NCBI RefSeq assembly: GCF_009914755.1
Contig: NC_060933.1
Length of the DNA stretch: 64,000 bases
Direction: 5' to 3' (one strand)
DNA from: the human T2T-CHM13v2.0 reference genome, Homo sapiens
Within the stretch, counting starts at the first letter, position 1. The number at the start of each line of letters is the position of its first letter. The notes under the pieces are model-generated. The model did not search any database. It saw only the letters and a program-made list of their open reading frames with translations, and was not told the origin of the DNA. Below, in pieces: positions 53,540 through 64,000 of this stretch. The translations under genes were made by a program, and so were the position numbers.

Positions 53540-54335
53540 TAAAAACCAACTACATATTAAGGAAAAAATAAAGAGAAGTTATCGGATAAATAGGAAAAAA
53601 AGACTTAAACAAGCATCTCAAAAGAAGAACATATTCAACCTCATTAGTTGTTAGGGAAATACATACCCAAATCACAAAGTGTTATCACTACACAGGCTCC
53701 AGTATATCCAAAATAAAAATAACAAGAACATACAATACAAAATATTAGCAAAGATGTAGAGAAATTAGAACTTGCCTGCACTGCTGATGAGAGTGTACAT
53801 TGTTTCAATTACTTTGAAAAACTGTCAAACAGTGTTTGCTAAAGCTGTTCAAATAAACACCCTATGACATGGCAATTCCATTCTTAGGAATATCCAACTG
53901 AAATGCATATATTTGTGCACTCCCAAAAGGCGTAAAAGGATATTTATTCAGCAGAAATATTTTAAACCTTAACACAACAAAAATAGCAATGGTAGAATGG
54001 ATAAAGTACAGTAGATTCATATAACAGGACACTAAGCAATGCCATGAATAAACTATTTCTAAATGCAACAACATTGAAAAATCTAAATAATAACAACAAC
54101 ACCCAGCTATAAACAATTGCGTATTGTATAAAAACCATATATGTAAAGCTCAAAAACAGAAACAAAAAACAAATTGAGTGTGATAGAAGTCCAGATAGTG
54201 GTTACCTTTGGGTCAGGGAAAGAAAGGACCAGGAGACAGCATGAGGGTCCTCCTGGGATGTTGGTTATATTCAATTTCCTGAGCTGAGTGTTAGTCACAT
54301 CTTATACAGGTGCGTTTAACTTGTGAAAATTCAAA
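53540..54335 (+). mobile_element. L1ME-class ORF2 end / 3' UTR
   Basis: AAAGACTTAAACAAGCA, CACTGCTGATGAGAGTGTA, GCAATTCCATTCTTAGGAATAT and GGTTACCTTTGGG. Confidence 0.8.
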
Positions 54336-55039
54336 TTGCCTTCTAAATCCCAGCTCCAACATCTAAGATCTATATAAACTTGGACATATTTTTAACTGAG
54401 TCTCAATTTTCTAAATCTCACAGAACTGTTTATTTAGATGATACATGTAAGGCATATAGTGCATTGCCAATAATATAGTAAGTGTTCAATCATCATTAGC
54501 CTTGTAATCAATATTACTACTCGTAAATAAGGTTCATAAAAGTACTTACACCATAGGGTTTTTATGAATAGCCTATGGAATGGTCAAAATTTTACACTGC
54601 TACTGGCATGTAATACATTCTCAAAAAAATAAAATGTTTGAAATAATGATTATTGAAACTTGAGCTTGCACCATCTCTGGCCATTTCCAGATACTGAAGG
54701 TCGATGTCTCCCAATAAACCTTGATATTCTGAGAAACATACACAACATGAAGTCTGTCTGAGACACTGGGGAGGTACCATGTTTGCAGACACCAGCTCCA
54801 GAATGGGCCAGCATCCTAGCGCCCAGCTCCTCTCCCTTTCATTCCACTTATGAGCGCATGTGCAGTCACTTTCTGCGTTGCTTGTGGAGCATGGCCCAGG
54901 TGTGAAACATTCAATTTCTAGCCATAAGGGAGCTGTGAAAACAGAAGGTGTTAAATATTTATCAGGTTCATCTATCTGGCTTCTTTTTTAACATCTTATT
55001 TGCAGGTTAGCAAGGAAACAGGGTGATCTTATGCAAGAG

Positions 55040-55230
55040 GCTGTAGACCAGCAGCGTGTTAACTTTGGAGTCCAACAGAACGGGCTTCATTCCCCGCCAC
55101 AGCCACTGACCAAAATGACACTGGGCCAAGCCATTTCAGCTCTCTGTGCCTCTCATTGCTTGTCTGTAAAATGAGAGTAATAACATACCTACTTCTTAGG
55201 CTTGTCATGAGAATTAAATGAAATAGTTAA
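55040..55230 (+). mobile_element. MIR SINE
   Basis: CTCTCTGTGCCTC...TCTGTAAAATGAGAGTAATAACATACCTAC. Confidence 0.8.
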
Positions 55231-55309
55231 AAATATTGCACAATTTTGATATGTATCTGCATGAAAGGATAATGCTTATTTGTATTTCATTCTGTTCTCA
55301 GTCTTGCCT

Positions 55310-55720
55310 ATATTTATTTCATAAGTTGAAATATAACTTACATACTATACATTTTTCCATCTTAAAGTGTTTAATTCAGTGATTTTTAATATACTCACAT
55401 GGTTGTGCAAACATCAGTAATATGTAATTTCAGATGGTTTTCATCACTTTTAAAAGAAACTTCATACCCGTTGGCAGACATTCCTTCTTCCCCTCGCCCC
55501 TCTTTTCCTGACAATGAGGAATCTACTTTCTATGGATTTGCTTATTATGAATATTGCATACAAATGAAATCATTCAATACATGGTATTTTTTGTCTGGCT
55601 TCTTTCATATAACATGTTTTCAAAGTTCATCATGTTGTAGCATGGATCAGTATTTCATTCCTTGTTAATGGCTGAATAATATTCCATTCCAAAATGTATA
55701 TTACATTTTGTTTATTCTTG
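55310..55720 (-). mobile_element. L1MB-class 3'-end fragment
   Basis: TTGAAATATAACTTACATAC...TTAAAGTGT...GGTTGTGCAAACATCA...GGCTGAATAATATTCCATT. Confidence 0.85.
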
Positions 55721-57837
55721 ACTATATTCTTAAGGAAAATTTGGAATTAGCTTAGAAGAATGCTTAAGGTCACAGATTAGCTTTAATGTTCAGATTCCTA
55801 AAGTAGAAGTTTACACTAGGCTTAACATTGAGAGATGCCATTGCGTATTACTGAAGATCACAGATTCTGTAGCCTGATGCTTGCTTCAGGCAAAAAAGCC
55901 TGAAGCTTGAAAGCCAGCTTCATCACTTCTGACTGTACGAATTGAGGAAAGTAATATTATTTTCTCCTGTCTTATTTTCCTCAACTGTAAAATAAAGATA
56001 ATAATATCTCTCATGTAGGTTTATTGTAAAGACTAAATTAGACTTTTCCTAGCCCAGAGATGCAGAATTAGAGTTTTTATTCCTAGTACCTTTTTTTTCC
56101 CCTAGTCCATAGTCTCATTCTCCTGTATATGAGAAATAGTAAGCTATTCAGGGTTTCTGGAAATAACTCCCTTTCTTAACAATGGAAATGGGCCTCTCTC
56201 ATTAGCCCCAGTGATCAGTCTTCATCACTTGAACTACACAGAAAGTTACCACTGTCAGGTGTCATCTGCCATCCTGGGATTATAACTGTGAGGTAAAGTA
56301 GCATAGTTCTTTTTTGAAGATAACTATATACCTAGGACTATGCCAGTCAATTCAGATGAACTGGGACTTAAATACTGACTAGCATGGCTTTATTGGCCCA
56401 ATTTTGGCCTCAAGCAATTAAAAATAAAAGTTATTTTATAATAGTCCAAAAAGATAGCTATTAATGATATAAAAATAAGCTAGGGTAAAAGCACATATAT
56501 ACATGTATGTCTATCTATCTATCACCTATCTCTCTCTCTTTCTCTAATCTATATCTTTCCAGCTATTTTTCTGCTACCACAACTTAAATTGGAGCCAGTC
56601 ATCAACATATGCTGAGATCAATTGAAAAAGTCATTATGTAAGAGTTCAAGAGGTGTATAGAGGTCCTTGTGTGTGATGGATTCTGAATTGGGCCTTATTC
56701 ATTCCCATTCTTTTCAGCAGCTTGTTTCATTGGTTCAGATCACTAGACTGGGACTAGGTATCCTGAAGATCCATTCTCTGCAATCGTCCATGGAAGAAGC
56801 AATCACCTGTTAAATTTAGATTTCTTGAATCTGCCAAGACTCTGACACAATGATAAACAGCCACTGTTTCTAGTAAAGGTTGGGGAAGCTCACTCTTTCA
56901 CTGTTAATTGCTTTGTGGTACTGAACCATAAAGATGACAGCAAGTCAGGCCACAGCAACACACAATTATGCAGGGACGGCCACCCATCTTGATGACATTA
57001 AGGTCATTTAATCCATCTCCAGGGTGCTGGTTAATTGGCCACTACTAGGGTTAGGATATCACTTTCTGAGTAACTGAGTATCTGCAGGAACTTCTTGGAA
57101 AATTACAAAGAAAATTGTTCTCTTACTCACTGTTGCTAGTGTCACACAGGGAAGGGGGGTACTCAGTGTTCTTTATTTTTACTTTTAGGTTCTTTATTTT
57201 TATCTTACCTGTGCTCTTCTCAAGGAGAAGAAATACCGATGTAACTGATCAGATGTCAAGTTATTGATTGGACCATACTGGATAGTGGGTGTGAGGACTC
57301 ACTGCCATTAAAATATCCAAAACACTCTCCCTCTTTCTCTCTGTCCCCTCCCTATCTTACTAAGCTTGGATCATGTTTAAGATCAAAGATCTGATATTGG
57401 ATTTTGGGGGGAAAATAGAGGAATAGTAATATTTGGCCTAAAGAGGACACTCCAGGTGCTCAAGTCCTGCTTATGAGAATGTATATGGTCAGAGTTTCCA
57501 CTAACAATAAACTCTCATATTCCTTACGATTTGAAAATGTTTTGTACATGGAAATTTTCTTTAAGAATTACATTCTAAAGAGTTTCTACATTATTGAAAA
57601 TATTAAATAATTTCCAGTTCTTTGGCTTAATTATATGAAATGGCAATACTCCCTCCCCACTCACATCATTTTATCCTTGTTTCTAAAACTGTTTTTTGGT
57701 AGGTATCACTGGAACATTCTGCAGTGAGAAGTTTTGTAATTTGCCTTTATATGGTTTCAAAGAGCCTGTGCCAGAAGAAAATGTAAATGCAGTAAAAAAT
57801 AGTTGAATAATGTAAGAGAAAAACACTGGATAAATAA

Positions 57838-58330
57838 CCATCATTTATTCAAAAAATTATTGATTACCTATTTTACACTGGTCATTCTTCTAGAAACTGG
57901 GATTACAGAAATGAACAAAAGAGTAATAATCTCTGCCCGTGTGGATCTTAAGTTTTGGTAGAGCAGATAGATCAGTAAATAAATAAAATATTCAGCCTGC
58001 TAAATAAGGGCTATGGAGAAAAAGAGAGTAAACAAAGAGCCTAGGATATTTTGGCTCAGGAGGGAACTGGACTTTTTAAATAGGGCTTTCAGGGAAAAGT
58101 TAAGTCAGAAGATAACATTGGTATAAATTTTTAAAAGGTAAGAAAGAGAGCCATATGATATCTGTGGCAGAGGTAATGGCAAGTAAAAAGACCTCGAGGC
58201 AGAATATTGCCTGGCATTTTTGAGAAACTGTAAGGCAATAGGGCCAGAACAAAGTCTAGAGGAGAAAAGTAGAAAATGGGGTTTGAGAGGAAACAAGAGA
58301 CTGATCATGAGAAAGCATAGACACAATCTA
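57838..58330 (-). mobile_element. L2 fragment
   Basis: TTTATTCAAAAAATTATTGATTACCTA...GAGCCATATGATATCTG...TGCCTGGCAT. Confidence 0.75.
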
Positions 58331-58339
58331 GTTTAGATG

Positions 58340-61330
58340 TTTTTCATTCAACTGTATTAAAGCTTAATTTATATGCAACAAAATGGACCTGTTTTAAGTA
58401 CACAGTTCTATGAATTCTGACAAATGTGTATTGTTATGTAACCACCAACATAATCATTACATGAAGCATTTTCATCATCCCCCAAATGTCTCTTGTGTTC
58501 CTACCCTCACCCCAAACATAGCACCTGGTCATGTAGGATTTGTTTTCTGTCATGATAGTTTGCCTTTTCTATAACATATCCTACAATATATACTATGTAT
58601 ATCGTTTTTATGTTATGCTCCTTTTACTTCACAATAAAAATAAATGAACATGCAAAAGCATGGATGAATCTCAAATGTGGTATTCCCTGGTAGTATTTTA
58701 TTGGAAGAATTTGCCAAAATGTGTAAATCCACTGTAATAGTCTGTTCTCACATTGCTATAAAGAACTACCTGTAACTGGGTAATTTGTAAAGGAAAGAGA
58801 GTTAATTGACTCACAGTTCTGCAGGCTGTATAAGAAGCATGGCTAGGGAGGCCTCAGGAAACTTACAATCATGGCAGAAGGTGAAAAGGGAGGAGACACA
58901 TCTTAAATGGCTGGAAAAGGAGGAAGAGAGAGAACAGGGAGGTGCTATATGCTTTTAAATAACCAGATCTCACGAGAACTCATTCACTATCACAAGAACA
59001 GCAAGGGGAAAGTCTTCCCCCATGATCAAATCACCTCTCACCAGGCCCTTCCTCCAACAGTGAGAATTACGATTCAACATGAGATTTGGGCAGGGACGCA
59101 AATCCAAACCACATCCTCCACATTCACTTGTGGATTGAACTTTGTATTATTTCCAGGTTTTAGCTATTAGGAATAAAGATGCTGCAAACATGTGCATGCA
59201 ATTTTTTTGTGATAAAATAAGTTTTAATCTTTTTCAGGTATATTCCTAGAATCTTTTTCAGGTATATTCCTCAATTGAAATTGAGTCTTCCAATCCATTA
59301 ACACTGTGTATCTGTCCATTTATTTAAATCTTTACATTCTCTCAGCAATGTTTTGTAGATTTTATTGCATGGGTCTTATACATATTTAATTAAATTTATT
59401 CAAATTAATAAAAATTTTATATGGTATTACAATATGGTATTTTTTTCTGTTACACTTTTTTTAACTAGTTAATAAAAACACTTCTGGCTTTAAATGTTAA
59501 CTTTGTACCCTATTGATTGTTAAAATCACTTAATAGCTCTGGTAGCTTTTTAAATGTTTTTTCTATCTTCATACAGCACTAGTTAGGATGGTTGATGCAT
59601 TGTTGAGTAGGAGTTGTGAGAACACACACAGTCTACATATGTCATAAGCCTCATATTATGTTTTTGCTTTAAAATTAAGAATGTTTTAAAAATTAAATTA
59701 ATCATAAACATTTTTTAACATTTACCAGTTCTGTGCTTTTCATTTTTTTCTCTAGTTCCAATTTTCTATCCTATTTTCTTTTACTTGTCAGAGAAACTAT
59801 CTTTAATAATTCTTAGGGATTATGTCTGCTGGTGACAAGTATTCTCAGCTTTTTTTTTCTTCTTTCCATCTGAAAGAAGTCTTTATTTTCCATGAGTTCG
59901 AGAATTCTAGGTTCATTTTTGTTTTCTTTCAACACTTTAAAGATACCATTGCATTATCGGTTTGCATAGTCATTCTTGTTTTTGTTCCTCTATAATTAAT
60001 CTGTATATTTTGCCTATTGTTGCTTGAAGATTTTATCTTCATCAGGAATTCTCAGCAATTGGATTAGGAAGGACTTTAATGTGGTTCTCTTTGCTGTCCT
60101 TTCTCCTTTTGAAGTGTTTCAGATTCTCGGATCCCTGGATTTATTGCTTGCATCAAATTGTAATTTGTTTAGTCATTATTTTCTCATTTTTCTTTTTCTA
60201 CCTCTTTCTTTTTCTTTATTGGACTCAAATTGCCATGCCTGATATTATTCTGTAAGATACTGCTCTTTTTATTTTTTAAACTATTTTGCCATTTGCACTT
60301 GGTTTGGATAGTTTCTGTTGCTATTTCTTGTAATTTACTAGCTTGTCTTATGATGTTGAACCAAATTGATAAATATTTTATTTCAGGCAATGTTTCTTTA
60401 TTATGTCTATGTCTGTTTAATTCCTCAAGCACATTATTTATACAATTTTTACTAGCTAAATAAGAGTTCTTGCCTTCTAATTCCATACTACCTTGCCATT
60501 CTGACTCTTGTTCTATTGACTTTTTTCTTCTCCTGGTTATGTGTCACTTTCTTCCTGCTTATTTTCATATCCAATAAATTTTAATTGAATGCCAAACACT
60601 ATGAATTTTACATTGTTAAGTGCTGAATTCTGCTGTTTTCCTTAAAGAGAGTTGAACTTAACTTAGTCCAGTAGTTATTTATTTGCAGATCAACTTGATA
60701 ATTTTGAGGTTTAATTTAAAGCTTTTTTATTGTGGGTCCAGAGTAGCATTTACTCAAGAGCTAGTGTCACCCCTCCACTAAGGTGTGACCTTTTGGGGGT
60801 CTTTAGTTAATGGCCCTGTCTTCGTCAACTTCTCTTCATTCAGTCCAGTAGGGTATTAAATGATTGCTAGCCCTGTGGGAGCTTAGCAAATACTCAAGCT
60901 CACAACTCTATAGTAATATTTCTTTCTGTAGAATTTGTTATTTTCACATGGTCTTATCAATTTTTATCATACATATATGCAGATTAGTATTAGGTAAAGG
61001 ACTCCAGGAGTCTCCCATACTGATTTTTGAGATTTTTGCTAAGCATGGCTCTCTCTCTTTTCCAAATTCTGCCCTGAAAATTCTAGCCATCTTCACCTCC
61101 ATAAATTCTGATCTCTGTATCCTAACCTCACTGAATGTATTAAACTTAGCTACCATAGTGGTCCCAAAATTTCCTCCAGATGGAAATTCTGGGGGATTGT
61201 ACATCACACCCTGTTGGTTTCTTTTCTCAGTAGTTGCAATCTGTTCTGCTTGTTTGTCCAATATCTAGGGGGAAAATTTTTTTTCATATATGTTGCCTAG
61301 TTTTCTGATTCTTTAGAGTGGGAGAGAAAA
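58340..61330 (-). mobile_element. Old L1M (L1ME/MD-class) with large internal deletions, interrupted by THE1
   Basis: 3' end TTTAAGTACACAGTTCTATGAATTCTGACAAATG, ORF2 piece TTGAGTCTTCCAATCC, ORF1-like GTCTGCTGGTGACAA and AGAATTCTAGGTT. Confidence 0.7.
58733..59116 (-). mobile_element. THE1D/MSTA-class MaLR solo LTR with 5-bp TSD
   Basis: GGAGGCCTCAGGAAACTTACAATCATGGCAGAAGG and CAACATGAGATTTGGG. TSD TCCAC at 58728-58732 and 59117-59121. Confidence 0.93.
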
Positions 61331-62297
61331 TCCTATCTCAGTTACTTTCTCCTGGGGAAAAAAAAATCCCTCAATCTAGTTCAGATTTTACCACAGAGAC
61401 AGTCATTTGAACCTTCCAGGACTTAGCATTGACATTTGTAGGGTATGATTGATGGTTTTTATGGTCCCATCCTCTCCTGGCATGCTGTCTTTATAACCCC
61501 TTCCTATGGCTCCACATACAAAGAGAGCAGAAATGTGATGAGCAATACCCCAGCACTGCTACCAGCTTGGTCAATTTTAGCGTAAAGATATTCCACAGGC
61601 AGGGGGGAAATGCTGCTGGAGAAAGCAGGAGCCCACAAGAAGGATAGTTCATGTGTGTGAATAAATAAAGCACTGCTGGAGTTTTTGACATTTTGGAGAG
61701 GAATTCATTATGGTTCATAGGTACAAATGTAATGACCTTCAAATGCCTAGTTATGTTTGCCAAACACATTATTCTTAAGACTTCTTAAAGGGTATTGTGA
61801 AAGTCTCGTGGACTATGTTTTTGTTGATTTCTTCCTCAACTGGATACCCATTGTTACTTCACATAGGCATCAGTACTACATTGGCCTATACAATAGTGAT
61901 CAGAACATATACAAAGTATGAGGAACTGTGATGTCTACTACTCAGTTCTGCTCAAAACTAGCTGGGCAAGGCTGCTTGTTTTCTTATCCTTCATTTATCC
62001 ATCTGTGTAAACATATAAAACTATGCTCCTTACCTAATTTCAAAATTGTTTAATTTAAAAATGACAAGATGAATATGTACTTCTTGTAAACTATAAAGAG
62101 ACATAAAAATATGACAGGAGTAGCATAATACTATAAGTACATGGTGCTTTAAAATCTATGTGTTTCATTTGTTAATCTGTTTTGGAATGTTTCTTTTGCT
62201 CTTCAAATGTTTCTACAAACTCAGCATAGCTAACTGTGGTCCTTGAATATTTTATAGTGAGATGTTTGGTCTAACACTTGACAATGTGACTGAAACA

Positions 62298-62383
62298 CAT
62301 GTGCGAGTGTGTGTGTGCATGCATGTGTGTGTGCACATATATGTATGTGCACATGTACGTATGTAATATGTGTGAGTGTATGT
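62298..62383. repeat. (TG)/(CATG) low-complexity tract
   Basis: Read directly. Confidence 0.8.
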
Positions 62384-62824
62384 CCATCCCCTGACTCAGT
62401 CTAGCTGAACCTCCAATAGAATACATATCCATGAGAACAAAAAATTTTCTAAAGATACTAAAATTATAAGGAGAAAAATATGGTCAAAATATGTTTACGG
62501 CTAATCTGAAATTAGAGCTACCTGTTTAGAAAGAAACCTATTCCAACAGAGAAGTCTGGAGGAATGAGTTGATGATCTTTACATATCTTAATTCCCCCAT
62601 GTGTTTTATAAGAAGAAAGCAAAACTTTGAGTATCAGTATTCACTTGTTAGGATCTGGGGAAATAAATGTGGTTATTTTTCTTATGCATAAATATATTAT
62701 AATAAGGATGAAGAAGAATTCTTCCCATTGGGACCCTTTCTGTGTGGCCACTGGATTGTTAAGAGTAATGGTCAGCACAGTGTGACAGGGACAGAATAAT
62801 GCAGAGGTCTGTGGCACCGAATCA

Positions 62825-62955
62825 GATGTTGACACTGCCACTTATTAACCTTGTGACTGTGGCCAGGATAGCCCCTGCTTCTGGATCTGTTTCCTTGTCT
62901 TAAAGTAGGAAGGAATGTTCTAGATGGCTTATGCTGTCATCCTACTTAAGATTCT
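62825..62955 (+). mobile_element. MIR3/MIR SINE
   Basis: CTGCCACTTATTAACCTTGTGACTGTGG...CTGTTTCCTTGTCT...TAAGATTCTA. Confidence 0.65.
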
Positions 62956-63849
62956 ACTTGCCTCTGAGCCAGTGTTATGAAGAGAGTCCCTGGAACGCAC
63001 ACATTCAAAAGAATCTACCCCATGGCACCTAACATTCTGAGATTTCACAATTATTCCTGTGGACTAAGCTCTCATAATGCAGACACATATCTTTGAAGTT
63101 TAAATATACCAGGAATGTTAACATAGCACTGCCCATATGTCCATATGTATTTGTTGATGAGAGCCATTTCCTTTATGACAAAAAAAAGTGGCACAAATAT
63201 TGTGTGAGCACCAGTTTATCAGAGATTTGCAATAGGCTTCCCTCAAATATTCATATAGTTCCTAAAATCCTGAGGTTAAATTTCACTGACGTTCCATTCA
63301 GAGAGTTGGTTCTGATTCACTCCATGCAACTCCCAAACAATCATTCCCACTGAGCACTATGTGGTTTGAGTTTGAGAGGCCTCTGATGGAATAGCTGTCA
63401 GGGAATAGTGGGACCATGTAGGGCAGGGGTCAAGATGGGACAAGGTGAAGCTGCTGCTCAGATCTCATGAATTAGGGTGGCACTAAATCTGGAGATGTGA
63501 CACTTTACTAAACGATGAAGAGAGACCAGTACAACATGGGTCCTGAGCAATTATATTTGGATATTAATTACCTATAATATTTCACTATTAGAATTTAGGT
63601 TGTAAATTTCTTACTATTATAGTGTGACTCTGATTCATATGTGTGAATCACAGTAGGTTATAGAAATATATCACTGAAAGAAAACATAACAGAGCTGGTG
63701 AAAAGCTAACAACCGTAATCTGTAGACATACGTTGCCTACACAGAAAGGAAAAGTTTCTATTAATTTTCACATCATTAGTATTTAGCAGTTTCTAGCACT
63801 TAGTGTAGCTCAGTAACTCTGAAGGATTAAACTCCGTATTTAACATCAT

Positions 63850-64000
63850 GGGAAAAAAATCTTCAAAATATATTTAAAATCTGACCACCTACATCACCTC
63901 CACTGCTACTACCCTGGGTTATGCCATCACAGTCTCTAGTCTTGTAGTAGCCACCCATAGTCCCTCTGATCATCACAGCAGCCTGAACGATCTTATTAAA
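63850..64000 (+). mobile_element. L2 fragment, running past the window end
   Basis: AATCTGACCACCT...CACCTCCACTGCTACTACCCTGG...CACAGCAGCC. Confidence 0.7.

Overview
This is AT-rich primate, probably human, genomic DNA: it carries AluJ/S/Y, L1PA, THE1 and Tigger1 elements. It is intergenic or deep intronic. I found no credible protein-coding gene; the ORF-track entries are transposon remnants, low-complexity translations or chance ORFs. More than half of the window is interspersed repeats. These include a near-full-length minus-strand L1MA (1-~8575) with a nested Tigger1 and an L1PA 3' fragment, older L1M/L1ME fossils, eight Alu/FLAM copies, four MaLR LTRs, several hAT MITEs, many MIR and L2 fragments, and microsatellites. 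The most notable items are a tailless 5' U2 snRNA retrocopy (15144-15177), a ~210-bp locally templated copy that splits a MIR (52410-52623, from 53256-53464), an exact 26-bp repeat 1.1 kb apart, a 50-bp micro-inversion in an L1, an AT-rich palindrome cluster, a canonical RFX X-box in unique DNA and three weak candidate exons. I see no evidence of a new biological system. Repeat subfamily calls come from remembered consensus sequences, and boundaries are approximate unless a target-site duplication (TSD) is given.
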